From: Gammaproteobacteria bacterium
Lineage (GTDB): Bacteria > Pseudomonadota > Gammaproteobacteria > BMS3Bbin11
Length of the DNA stretch: 38,598 bases
Direction of reading: 5' to 3'
Assembly (NCBI GenBank): GCA_036986095.1
Contig: BTQX01000002.1
Location: 1 to 38,598, forward strand
Shown: piece by piece, positions 9,001 to 17,807 of the stretch
How the letters are laid out: each line of letters starts with the position of its first letter
Position numbering within the stretch: position 1 is the stretch's first letter
Made by a program: the position numbers and the translations under genes
Notes under the pieces: generated by a model
Databases searched by the model: none
What the model was told of the DNA's origin: nothing
Seen by the model: only the letters and a program-made list of their open reading frames with translations

Positions 9001-10149
9001 ATGATTTTACCCGGAGCAACACTCGGACTGCTTGGTGGCGGCCAACTTGGTCGAATGTTCACCGTTGCGGCACGCACTATGGGCTACGAAGTCATAGTAC
9101 TGGACCCTGACGTTGGCAGCCCGGCCGGCGCTTTCGCAACCGAACACCTCTGTGCCGCCTACGATGATGAGGCCGCTCTTGTGCGTCTGGCCACTGAATG
9201 TGCTGCCGTGACGACAGAATTCGAGAATGTCCCAGCCACCAGCCTGGAAATCATTGCACAGCATATTCCCGTCAGGCCTTCTGCTACGGCCATCCATATT
9301 GCACGTGATCGTATTCTTGAGAAACAGGCTATTCGTGATTTTGGGCTTGATACCGTTGACTACTATGTCATAGAAAACGATGCTGACCTCGAAGTAGCAA
9401 CCGAAGCCATCTCTTTTCCTGCCCTTTTGAAGACCGCAACACTGGGTTACGACGGCAAAGGTCAGAAATTCGTTGCGAATGCCACAGAGCTGGTGCCCGC
9501 TTTTCATCAACTGGGGTCCATATCATGCGTGCTCGAGCAATTTATTGAACTAAGCTGTGAAGTTTCTGTAGTCCTGGCACGTAGCGTTTGTGGCCATATT
9601 GAAACCTTTGCCATCGCTGAAAACAGGCATGCCGATGGCATACTGGATATGAGTATAGTCCCGGCAAGGGTAAATCCAGAGATCGCGGCCAGGGCCGAGA
9701 AAATGGCTCGCATCCTGGCAGAGGAACTCGACTACTGTGGCGTACTGGCTGTGGAGTTCTTTGTTGATGTGAATGACCGCCTGATGATCAATGAAATGGC
9801 ACCACGGCCCCATAATTCGGGCCACTATACACTTGATGCCTGTCTGACCGACCAGTTTCAGCAGCAAGTTCGTACTCTTTGTGGCTTCAAACCAGGTAAA
9901 ACAGATCTCACAACACCTGCTGTAATGGTCAATATACTCGGTGATCTCTGGTCAGGGGGGACACCGGTATGGGAAGCGCTATTAAAATATCCGGGAGCAT
10001 TTCTTCATCTCTATGGGAAAAAAGAGCCCATGCCCGGCCGTAAAATGGGACACTTTACCCTTGTGGGTGACGTTCCGAAAAGACTGGTGGAAACTGCAGC
10101 CTTGCTAAAAAAAGCACTCGTGCAGTCAAATAACTCATCATTGGACTAA
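9001..10149 (+). CDS. purK: N5-carboxyaminoimidazole ribonucleotide synthase (ATP-grasp)
   Basis: N-terminal LGGGQLGRM, ATP-grasp core (GYDGKGQ) and NEMAPRPHNSGH motif. It lies 14 nt downstream of purE. Confidence 0.9.
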   Translation: MILPGATLGLLGGGQLGRMFTVAARTMGYEVIVLDPDVGSPAGAFATEHLCAAYDDEAALVRLATECAAVTTEFENVPATSLEIIAQHIPVRPSATAIHIARDRILEKQAIRDFGLDTVDYYVIENDADLEVATEAISFPALLKTATLGYDGKGQKFVANATELVPAFHQLGSISCVLEQFIELSCEVSVVLARSVCGHIETFAIAENRHADGILDMSIVPARVNPEIAARAEKMARILAEELDYCGVLAVEFFVDVNDRLMINEMAPRPHNSGHYTLDACLTDQFQQQVRTLCGFKPGKTDLTTPAVMVNILGDLWSGGTPVWEALLKYPGAFLHLYGKKEPMPGRKMGHFTLVGDVPKRLVETAALLKKALVQSNNSSLD

Positions 10150-10212
10150 TCTGGATAGAGTTTACCCAGGTTTACCCAGCTTATAGTAAAGGTGAAGGCC
10201 TGAATCAAACCG

Positions 10213-10953
10213 ATGTCATTATTTGATAATTATTTTAAGAAACTATACCAACGCACTATGGAACAGGCTTATGGCAACGCTCAATCAGCGATTGTAGATG
10301 CCATGCAAAATGGGGGGAAAATCCTGGATTGCGGCTGTAGCCATGGCCACATGTACGATCAGTTATCGTCCGCTGTCGATATAGCGCTCGATAATTATTA
10401 CGGTGTCGAGTGGAATACTGAGCTTGTGAAGAAATGTAATGAAAAAGGCATTCACGCGACACAGCACGACCTAAACCATGCTTTACCCTATGAGGATGGA
10501 ATGTTTCGCTGCGTGTTTGCCTTATCTGTACTTGAACATCTTTTGTTCAGCTGTCGATTCATGCGTGAATCAGCCAGGGTACTGGAAAAGGGTGGCACAC
10601 TCGTTCTTCTAACGCCAAATATAAGCACCCTGTTCACCATTGTGCAATTAATGACAGGTAAAATGCCATCATCTGGTCCACATCCTGACTCTCTCTTGCT
10701 GCTAGAAAATCAAAATACAATTAAAGTATCAAACCCTGACCTTGTCAGTGATGTCGAATCAGACAGACCCGAACATCGACACCTTATTATTTACAGTTTT
10801 CGAGTCCTGAAAACCTATCTGAAACTGCTCGGTTTTACTGATATTCAAGGATATGGCTTCGGGCTTTACCCCTTCCCGAATTTCATGCAAGCTTTGCTTG
10901 AAAATATCGACCCTTATCACTGCCACCAGATGGTGTTTATTGCAAAAAAATAA
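10213..10953 (+). CDS. Class I SAM-dependent methyltransferase
   Basis: Motif I-like ILDCGCSHG, followed by VFALSVLEHL and GGTLVLLTPN, typical of the Methyltransf_11/23 fold. Substrate unknown. Confidence 0.6.
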   Translation: MSLFDNYFKKLYQRTMEQAYGNAQSAIVDAMQNGGKILDCGCSHGHMYDQLSSAVDIALDNYYGVEWNTELVKKCNEKGIHATQHDLNHALPYEDGMFRCVFALSVLEHLLFSCRFMRESARVLEKGGTLVLLTPNISTLFTIVQLMTGKMPSSGPHPDSLLLLENQNTIKVSNPDLVSDVESDRPEHRHLIIYSFRVLKTYLKLLGFTDIQGYGFGLYPFPNFMQALLENIDPYHCHQMVFIAKK

Positions 10954-10965
10954 GTTTCGTATCTT

Positions 10966-11230
10966 ACTAATCCGAGCCATAATTAGGCGACATTCAGCTT
11001 AGCTGTGCTTTATTCACGGCGAGGCATCGGAACGCCGCTGTAGTCATTCTACAGTAAGTTTCGATAACGATGTCCGTGGGTGAAGCACAGCTAAGCCCAA
11101 AGGGAGAACCCAAAATGATCCAGCTCTGCGTTGCGACTCTTGACAAGGGCCAGCCATTGCCTGCGAGCCGCGTCTTGATCTGAATCATTTTGGGTCCTCT
11201 GAGTGTCGCCTAATTATGGTTCGGGTTAGT
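10966..11230. repeat. Palindromic MITE-like element, family copy E1
   Basis: The outer inverted repeat is about 33 bp with 3 mismatches (ACTAAtCCGAgCCATAATTAGGCGACAtTCAG against its partner ending at 11230). Nested inverted repeats are GCTTAGCTGTGCTT/AAGCACAGCTAAGC and ACCCAAAATGAT (11108-11119)/ATCATTTTGGGT (11184-11195). The second pair encloses a roughly 49-nt core (11129-11177) shared with the elements at 13885-14050 and 38254-38523. Confidence 0.7.
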
Positions 11231-12317
11231 ACACCTTAACAAAGGGCAAACACGATTCAATAATTTTTTCGCTCGGTTTGACATCCAGCTCCTTAAATGA
11301 AAACTGATGATCATCGATAGTACTGATAAATTCTTTTATCCGCTCAATGCTATATTCACTGAGCAGGCAATTCTCTCCAAGACCATCATGGCGCTCGGTC
11401 ACCTTGCGCAACAGGATTATCGGCTTGCCCATATAGTAACACTCCTCCTGGTTACTGCCGCCGTCGCTGATCACAAACTCAGCGCTTTTAATTAACTGAA
11501 TAAAACCAAAATAATCATAGCGCTCGCGAAATTCGATATTTGTATTCTCCACCAGACGCTGATGCCAGTTGAACTGGTGTATTTTTTTCTCAGTAGGTTT
11601 GTGCAGGATAAATAGAAGGAAATGTGTTTTGCTAATTTCTTCTACCAGCCTCATTACACGATCTAGTGCATCCTGCCGGTAGATATTTTCATGTCGATGT
11701 AAAGAAACAATAGAATATTGCCGAGATGGTATCTCTGATTGCGATAATACGTCAGGAAAATGATTAGACAAACGTAGAGAATCATACAATGTATTGGCAA
11801 CAGTATTGATCTTCTCACCTCTGTAGCGTTTTAAATTCTGTATCGCCCTGTCGTCCGGGCAGAAGTAATAATGCGCCAGGGAAAATGTCATTAAACGCGT
11901 GATCTCTTCAGGAAAAGGCTGGAAAAGATCAAATGAACGCAACCCGGATTCAACATGACCAATTTTCAATCCAGCGATGCGCCCCATTATCGCGCCAAGG
12001 AGGGTAGAAAGTGTATCCCCGTGAACCAGGACTATACCCTCTTTATCACCACGAAAAATTTCTTTCTTTTTTCGTATCGTGCGCCAGATGATTTTAACTG
12101 ACCACGCCATCATTTTTTGTATAGAGGTTATGTCATCCGCTTCACAGAGTGCATAATCAGGTTGACGCAAACCAAAATTGGTCAAAATATCATCGATTTT
12201 TGCCTTATGTTGCCCGGTGGAAATATAGTTATATGGAATGTTTCTCTGCTGTAAATAATAGAGTATCGGTGCCATTTTGATAAGCTGCGCTTTTGTACCG
12301 ATAACAACATGAATCAT
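11226..12317 (-). CDS. UDP-N-acetylglucosamine 2-epimerase family protein (WecB-like)
   Basis: MIHVVIGTKAQLIKMAPI, STGQH and HVESGLRSF match the WecB signatures GTRPExIKMAP, TxQH and HVEAGLRT. Start set at the ATG at 12317, which has an AGGAGG 5 nt upstream; the listed ORF begins 8 codons earlier. Confidence 0.85.
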   Translation of the reverse strand: MIHVVIGTKAQLIKMAPILYYLQQRNIPYNYISTGQHKAKIDDILTNFGLRQPDYALCEADDITSIQKMMAWSVKIIWRTIRKKKEIFRGDKEGIVLVHGDTLSTLLGAIMGRIAGLKIGHVESGLRSFDLFQPFPEEITRLMTFSLAHYYFCPDDRAIQNLKRYRGEKINTVANTLYDSLRLSNHFPDVLSQSEIPSRQYSIVSLHRHENIYRQDALDRVMRLVEEISKTHFLLFILHKPTEKKIHQFNWHQRLVENTNIEFRERYDYFGFIQLIKSAEFVISDGGSNQEECYYMGKPIILLRKVTERHDGLGENCLLSEYSIERIKEFISTIDDHQFSFKELDVKPSEKIIESCLPFVKVY

Positions 12318-12354
12318 GAGACCTCCTGTAGACAATACCACTTCAAATCATACA

Positions 12355-13884
12355 TTAGTCATGTGCCTGAAGAACGATTCCATCCTTACCTTTATACAAA
12401 ATATCCATATCCATATTAGCGCTTAATTCAGCTAAGCTCGGTAAATATGTACGGTAGGAAAACGCATAAAAATATATGAGAATTGCATCCTTATCTTTGA
12501 ATTCCTGCTGCAATTGATGTAGGGAGTTCTGAAAATTTTCATTTATTTTTTTACTCGTCGCACTTTCTCTCTGAGGGAGAAACTTACTTTTCCTTTTTAG
12601 GTGAATTTCGATAATTTCTGGCGCGTTTGTATAGATTAAGCGGCGGCCTGTCTGCTCATTTCTAACATAAGCTAATGTATCAGATTCAACCCATTGACGA
12701 CTAAGAAAGCCAACCCCATTTGTAGAAAAGTAGGTCACTAGCGACTGTAGATGCGTTATTTGTACAAAACTGAGAATCAACACAACAAGAAATGCTGATA
12801 TATTGAATAATCTGCAAAGAGAGGTGCCTGCTGTGATTGAACTTAAACCCAGAATCAATGCAATCATAAGAAAAAAATAGACCGGGATTAATATTCTTGA
12901 ATCCAGAGGGGTATGAGCATCAAAAAAGGAGATGGATATCACCAGAAATATCAGATAAAGAGGGACGAATAAAAATAGTATTTTTTTAAAAATTTCAGCT
13001 ACTGTTAACTGGCTGGAATCGGCCGTTCGGCAACTCACGGTCAAAAATATGTAACTGATCAGAAAAATACTGAGCAAAACCCATGACGTCGTCGATGATA
13101 AATAAAACCAGCCAAGCATTTCTTCAATACCCGAACTCAGTTTTTCAATGCTTATCGGATGATAGGCAAAAACACGTGGGATTCCAGGTTCTTGTGTGAC
13201 CTGCCCCCAAATTATCCACAGCAACATCGGTAAGAGTGACAGGAATGTGAAGAATCCTGCATTCTTTAATCTTTCTGACCAGTGCTTTTTTGAGAAAATG
13301 ATCAAACCGAGGATGGCAGTGCCTATGGGTACGATGCCAACATACCGTGTTGAAAATGCGAGTGCAAAGAATACGGCACTCCAGATCAATATAGATTTTT
13401 TTTGATTAGATATAAAATGTGCAAGAAAATAAAACCCGGCCAGTGTAAGCAGGAGAAACAATGGCTCAGACCATGCCATCATATAAATTGAAAATAGATG
13501 GGGGGCTGTGAAAATAACAAATATCCCGATAAACACCCATCCGGTGCCTTGATCAGTGATTCTCTTAAGCATTACTGCCAGTGAAATGATCGTAGACAGA
13601 AATATCAATATTTGAATCCATCGTGCAGAAATTAAAGTATCATCAACAACAACAGATGGAAGAAAAAGTAGAAAACTGTATAGCGGTGGATAATGTTGGG
13701 AAGAATCCGCAGCGTTTCCTGTCGCGAGACTCTCTGCAATCCTGATATATATCAGTGAATCTGGGGTAAGACCAACACCCCAGTACATTGAGATATAAAT
13801 CAGGGCGAAGGAAAAAATGACGAAAGCAGCAATAATGATGAAATAGAGTTTGTCGCTAATAATCTTTTTCATTACTGTATTCAT
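12355..13884 (-). CDS. Polytopic membrane protein, probable GT-C glycosyltransferase (PMT_2/ArnT-like)
   Basis: 509 aa. The first periplasmic loop after TM1 carries GLTPDSLIYIRIAESL, a D-x-x-x-Y type acidic loop as in ArnT/PMT_2 proteins. About 11 TM segments are followed by a soluble C-terminal domain. It is co-oriented with the epimerase gene 37 nt downstream. Confidence 0.6.
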   Translation of the reverse strand: MNTVMKKIISDKLYFIIIAAFVIFSFALIYISMYWGVGLTPDSLIYIRIAESLATGNAADSSQHYPPLYSFLLFLPSVVVDDTLISARWIQILIFLSTIISLAVMLKRITDQGTGWVFIGIFVIFTAPHLFSIYMMAWSEPLFLLLTLAGFYFLAHFISNQKKSILIWSAVFFALAFSTRYVGIVPIGTAILGLIIFSKKHWSERLKNAGFFTFLSLLPMLLWIIWGQVTQEPGIPRVFAYHPISIEKLSSGIEEMLGWFYLSSTTSWVLLSIFLISYIFLTVSCRTADSSQLTVAEIFKKILFLFVPLYLIFLVISISFFDAHTPLDSRILIPVYFFLMIALILGLSSITAGTSLCRLFNISAFLVVLILSFVQITHLQSLVTYFSTNGVGFLSRQWVESDTLAYVRNEQTGRRLIYTNAPEIIEIHLKRKSKFLPQRESATSKKINENFQNSLHQLQQEFKDKDAILIYFYAFSYRTYLPSLAELSANMDMDILYKGKDGIVLQAHD

Positions 13885-14050
13885 CTAAGGAACCTCTGAT
13901 TACATGCCATGTCTCTGTGAGACCTGAAGCATACCGCTACAGGGCGCTTGGCAGCGAATGGTCTGGTCCTTTGCAAGAAGCGCAACGCCGTAGATGCAGG
14001 CTTCAGCCAGTGAGCCAGAGATATGACATAATCAATCAGAAGTTCCCTAA
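13885..14050. repeat. Palindromic MITE-like element, family copy E3 (core on the minus strand)
   Basis: Termini are CTAAGGAACCTCTGATTACATGCCAT (13885-13910) and ATGACATAATCAATCAGAAGTTCCCTAA (14023-14050), an imperfect inverted pair. The inner inverted repeat is CTGAAGC/GCTTCAG. The reverse complement of the core at about 13943-13987 reads CGTTGCGCTTCTTGCAAAGGACCAGACCATTCGCTGCCAAGCGCC, clearly related to the E1 and E2 cores. Confidence 0.6.
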
Positions 14051-14191
14051 TATTATTTCGAAGAAAGTACTCGCATAGGGTCAAGGTCATCAATAACAAC
14101 ACATTTTTATCACGTGCTACAATTCTGAATGTCTTTTCTTCAAAAAAATAGACGCCTATACTCATTAAATTAGGACCGACTACTATTATCT

Positions 14192-14407
14192 ATGATCATC
14201 AAACTTGTCATACTGTTTATTATTGTATGGGTTGGATTACGTATCTACCACACGATTCAAAAGAAAAAACCAGAGCCTCTTATGAAAAAGAAAACGCAAG
14301 ATATGGTCAGTTGCGCAAAATGCGGGATTCATATTCCTGTCGATGAAGCCGTGAAAGATAAGGGTAAATATTTTTGCAGTCAGGACCACATTCATAGAGA
14401 AAATTAG
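14192..14407 (+). CDS. Small membrane-anchored zinc-ribbon protein (PP0621-like)
   Basis: 71 aa with one N-terminal TM helix, then CAKCGIHIPVDEA...YFCSQDH. This architecture is the small protein often found directly upstream of pilS/pilR-type two-component genes. Confidence 0.5.
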   Translation: MIIKLVILFIIVWVGLRIYHTIQKKKPEPLMKKKTQDMVSCAKCGIHIPVDEAVKDKGKYFCSQDHIHREN

Positions 14408-14437
14408 CATCAGCTCTTCAGGGCATAGTCACTTTCT

Positions 14438-16099
14438 ATGAGAAAACCAGGACAATATATCTTCAGTAGCAGAATCCTCTCTGACTCTACACCCAGGGAA
14501 GGTACTACTGAATATTGGCGCTCATTATTCTATTTAAACCTTTACCGCATGTTACTGGCAGTTTTTCTCTCCACTGCCAGTCTTACCAGCGTTAGTGTTG
14601 GCAGTCTTGGTAGCAGACACCCTGAACTATTCATCTATACCAGTTTTAGCTATGCATTTTTAAGCCTTCTTTTCGCATTTTTAATACATTATGACTGGCC
14701 AGGATATATTATCCAGTGCCGCCTTCAAATACTGGTAGATATTATCATCACCATACTCCTGTATAATGCCAGTTCAGGTAGAGGATCAGGGATTGAAATA
14801 CTTTTTTTTATTACAGTTTCAGCTTCCGGGATTCTGCTTGGAGGCAGAGCTGCGCTCATTACAGCCTCGACGGCGACAATACTCCTGATACTCGAACATT
14901 TTTATGAAATCTTAATAAACCAACGGCCACCTGGTGGTTTCACCTCCCTCGGGTTTATTGGCAGCGGCCTGTTTATCACCGCATTTATTATTTACTACCT
15001 GACACTACTGCTAAGAAAAACGGAAATTGAAATTGCTGAGAAAAACATTACTTTGCAAAAGATGGGACATATTAACCAGCTCATTGTTGAACAGCTCGAA
15101 TCCGGCATTATTGTCGTCGATCAGTCGTCTCAGGTAATTTTATTCAATAACAGCGCCAGAGAGCTACTGACAGCTCCGGACAGCCTCAATATACCATTAC
15201 CACTCGATTCCCTACTCAATAAAATAAGTCTGGATGATGCATACTTTAGCAAGATATCTCATGAAAAAGAATCAAAAATTGAACTACCATCAGGTAAAAC
15301 GATTCTCACTCGCTACAGGCCCTTAGGTGACAAAGCTGAAAATGGCTATCTAATTTTATTCGATGACTATAGTCAGATTGAAAAAGAAAAAAGGAATGAA
15401 AAATTTATTGCCATGGGAAGGTTATCAGCCAGTATTGCTCATGAAATTCGAAATCCACTGGGGGCAATATGTCATGCAGGACAATTGCTCGCTGAGTCTC
15501 CCGGCATCTACAAGGAGAATATTCGACTCGTTGAGATTATCGAAGGCCAGAGCAGGCGCATCGACCAAATCATTAAAACCGTACTGGGATTAGGGCAGCA
15601 GAATGAGCAAAAGCTTCAGAAAATACCCATACATGACTGGCTGGACAGGATCATAAATGATTTTACACGTGAAACCCGGCTCACTGAGGATTCTATCCTT
15701 CTTAGTGGAGACTGTGTTACTAGCGCCTACGGCGATCCCGATCAGCTGCGGCAGGTGATTCAAAATCTGTTAACAAACTCTTTACGCTATGCTGACACAT
15801 CAAAATCACCCATCGTAATGATAGATATTTCTGAAAACACATCGGGTGAAGGCTGTACCATCAAACTATCTGACAACGGCCCTGGCATCGACAGATCCAT
15901 CCAGGATAAAGTGTTCGAACCCTTTTTTACAACCTCATCAACTGGCAACGGTCTGGGGTTATTTATTGCCAGAAAGATTTGTTTAAGCAATGGAGCTTCT
16001 CTCGAGTATATTCATATAGAATCTGGCAACGGCTATTTTGTACTAACGCTGGCCGACAAAAATACTTACCACAGGCTCAAAAATCACCAACAGGAATAA
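14438..16099 (+). CDS. pilS: Sensor histidine kinase PilS
   Basis: N-terminal LNLYRMLLAVFL motif and six TM segments as in PilS, followed by a PAS-like linker. The H-box is SASIAHEIRNPL, with N and G boxes LLTNSLRY, DNGPGI and GNGLGL. It is followed 2 nt later by a sigma-54-dependent response regulator. Confidence 0.85.
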   Translation: MRKPGQYIFSSRILSDSTPREGTTEYWRSLFYLNLYRMLLAVFLSTASLTSVSVGSLGSRHPELFIYTSFSYAFLSLLFAFLIHYDWPGYIIQCRLQILVDIIITILLYNASSGRGSGIEILFFITVSASGILLGGRAALITASTATILLILEHFYEILINQRPPGGFTSLGFIGSGLFITAFIIYYLTLLLRKTEIEIAEKNITLQKMGHINQLIVEQLESGIIVVDQSSQVILFNNSARELLTAPDSLNIPLPLDSLLNKISLDDAYFSKISHEKESKIELPSGKTILTRYRPLGDKAENGYLILFDDYSQIEKEKRNEKFIAMGRLSASIAHEIRNPLGAICHAGQLLAESPGIYKENIRLVEIIEGQSRRIDQIIKTVLGLGQQNEQKLQKIPIHDWLDRIINDFTRETRLTEDSILLSGDCVTSAYGDPDQLRQVIQNLLTNSLRYADTSKSPIVMIDISENTSGEGCTIKLSDNGPGIDRSIQDKVFEPFFTTSSTGNGLGLFIARKICLSNGASLEYIHIESGNGYFVLTLADKNTYHRLKNHQQE

Positions 16100-16101
16100 A
16101 A

Positions 16102-17475
16102 ATGCCAACATCCTCACCTCTTGTTCTGCTTATCGATGACGAACCTGACATCCTGGAACTTTTATCTTTAACGCTTAGTCGCATGGGATTGAAATCTGAA
16201 ACGTCTGACTCAGTCAAAGATGCCATTGCAAAATTGAATAGCAGAAACTTTAACCTATGCCTGACTGACTTAAGGCTACCCGATGGCAATGGGCTGGAGA
16301 TCGTCAATTTCATTCAACAGTCAATGCCGGAAATACCTGTCGCTGTTATTTCAGCCCATGGCAACATGCAGGCTGCCATCGATGCCATGAAAGCCGGGGC
16401 TTTTGATTTCGTCTCCAAACCTGTCGATCTTAAGCAGCTACGCGCGTTAATTGAAAGTGCCCTCGCACTCGGTACTAATATAGACAGGAAATACAGCGAT
16501 ACCAGTGGCCCCCGCTTGCTTGGTCAGTCTGCCTGTATCCAGAAAATCAGGGAACAAATTCGCAAACTTGCCAGAAGCATGGCACCTGTTTACATTCATG
16601 GCGAATCAGGGACAGGTAAAGAGCTTGTTGCAAGGTTAATACATCACAATAGCCCCAGAAGAGAGAGGGCATTTATTGCCGTCAATAGCAGCGCCATTCC
16701 AGCCGAACTCATGGAAAGCGAATTTTTTGGCCACCGCAAGGGAAGTTTTACAGGAGCCGTTTCAGACCATCCAGGTTTATTCCAGGCAGCTGAAGGTGGA
16801 ACCCTGTTTCTTGATGAAATTGCCGAGCTGCCTCTTTCCATGCAGGCAAAGCTGTTAAGAGCCATACAGGAAAGAGCCATCCGCCCGGTAGGTAGTCACA
16901 AAGAACTGCCTTTTGATTGTCGTATATTAAGTGCCACCCATCAGGACCTGGGTTCGCTGGTGAAAAGTGGTAAATTTCGTGAGGATCTCTATTACCGCAT
17001 CAATGTTATTGAGCTGGATGTCCCCCCATTACGCGCCCGCACTGAGGACATAGTGGAACTGGTGGAGCATATTTTACAAATAATTTCGGACCGAAATGAT
17101 ATTGCTCTGCCTGAGATAGCCCCCGATTTTTATAAAAAAATGCTCTCCTATTCATTTCCAGGAAATATTCGCGAACTGGAAAATATACTTGAACGAGCCG
17201 TTGCACTAGGTGAAGGACACACCATTAGCGCCGATGACCTGAATTTTCCATTGCCGGAGATGGCTTTGCATGAAACAGCGGGGCCGTCTGGCAACCCAGC
17301 GGGAAACAAGCCTTTGCCCAACGAATCACTGGATGATTTTCTGTTGCGCATCGAAAGGGAAGTGGTACAGCAGGCACTGGAAAAACACAGCTTCAACAAA
17401 ACGCGAACTGCCGAGTCTCTAGGTATTTCTTTCCGTTCATTCAGATATAAATTAAAAAAATTATCACTCGATTAA
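16102..17475 (+). CDS. pilR: Sigma-54-dependent response regulator PilR (NtrC family)
   Basis: Receiver domain (LLIDDEPDI ... LCLTDLRLPDGNG), AAA+ domain (GESGTGKE; GSFTGA, the GAFTGA sigma-54 contact loop; ELPLSMQAKLLR) and a C-terminal Fis-type HTH (NKTRTAESLGISFRSFRYKLKK). Start set at the ATG at 16102; the listed ORF start at 15979 would overlap pilS by 120 nt. Confidence 0.9.
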   Translation: MPTSSPLVLLIDDEPDILELLSLTLSRMGLKSETSDSVKDAIAKLNSRNFNLCLTDLRLPDGNGLEIVNFIQQSMPEIPVAVISAHGNMQAAIDAMKAGAFDFVSKPVDLKQLRALIESALALGTNIDRKYSDTSGPRLLGQSACIQKIREQIRKLARSMAPVYIHGESGTGKELVARLIHHNSPRRERAFIAVNSSAIPAELMESEFFGHRKGSFTGAVSDHPGLFQAAEGGTLFLDEIAELPLSMQAKLLRAIQERAIRPVGSHKELPFDCRILSATHQDLGSLVKSGKFREDLYYRINVIELDVPPLRARTEDIVELVEHILQIISDRNDIALPEIAPDFYKKMLSYSFPGNIRELENILERAVALGEGHTISADDLNFPLPEMALHETAGPSGNPAGNKPLPNESLDDFLLRIEREVVQQALEKHSFNKTRTAESLGISFRSFRYKLKKLSLD

Positions 17476-17494
17476 TACTCTGCACACATGTTTA

Positions 17495-17529
17495 TGACAA
17501 ATTCAGGCAAACACTTCAAAATATTGTCA
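17495..17529. promoter_or_regulatory. Candidate upstream activator (PilR-type) half-sites TGACAAAT ... AATATTGTCA
   Basis: The same two half-sites are fused into a perfect palindrome upstream of the second pilin gene (18375-18389). They lie about 170-200 nt upstream of the sigma-54 promoter, a typical enhancer distance. Confidence 0.35.
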
Positions 17530-17694
17530 CCTTCAAGCACATTCTCAACGAAGCTTAGCTTTGATACAGTCGATCAGGATTATATTTTTATCTGTTTAAC
17601 ACCACAAAATGAATTATTATTTTATATATATCAATATGTTATAAGTTAAAAACATTTATTTCATCCCCCCCACCAGCAATATGCCTATAGCATT

Positions 17695-17710
17695 TGGTAC
17701 ACAAATTGCA
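17695..17710 (+). promoter_or_regulatory. Sigma-54 (-24/-12) promoter of pilin gene 1
   Basis: TGGTAC-ACAAA-TTGCA matches TGGCAC-N5-TTGCW in spacing and in 10 of 11 consensus positions. It ends 97 nt before the ATG at 17808. Confidence 0.6.
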
Positions 17711-17807
17711 GCAACTATAAGGAAAATCAACGTGGCAAACCTATTTAATGTGTGTCTGTGTACTGGCGGGGCAGCGAAAAATGACAACGAGAAAGCTAGC
17801 AGGGGCA

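Noticed and set aside
10160-10179. Tandem duplication GTTTACCCAG x2 downstream of purK
   Set aside because: There are only two copies of a 10-mer in a 63-nt spacer, with no associated structure or recurrence seen elsewhere. It is probably incidental.
10994-11188. 64-aa minus-strand ORF between the methyltransferase and epimerase genes
   Set aside because: It lies entirely inside repeat copy E1 and is read antisense through the conserved core.
13961-13975. Sigma-54-like TGGTCC...TTTGCA in the region upstream of the PP0621-like gene
   Set aside because: The GG-to-GC spacing is too short for a -24/-12 promoter. The sequence is part of the repeat core and faces away from the PP0621-pilSR operon.
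13881-14165. 94-aa ORF upstream of the GT-C gene
   Set aside because: More than half of it is repeat copy E3, and its composition and sequence show no protein-like motifs. I treat it as a by-product of the repeat, although the ATGA overlap with the next gene keeps a small residual possibility.
15979-16101. Longer pilR start (498-aa ORF)
   Set aside because: It would overlap pilS by 120 nt and adds a non-receiver-like N-terminus. The ATG at 16102 gives the canonical receiver-domain start (PLVLLIDDEPD) 2 nt after the pilS stop.
17748-17807. Longer start for pilin 1 (25- or 14-residue leader)
   Set aside because: Type IVa prepilin leaders are short (5-7 residues) and end in Gly. The ATG at 17808 gives MNQHG|F and has a purine-rich stretch just upstream.
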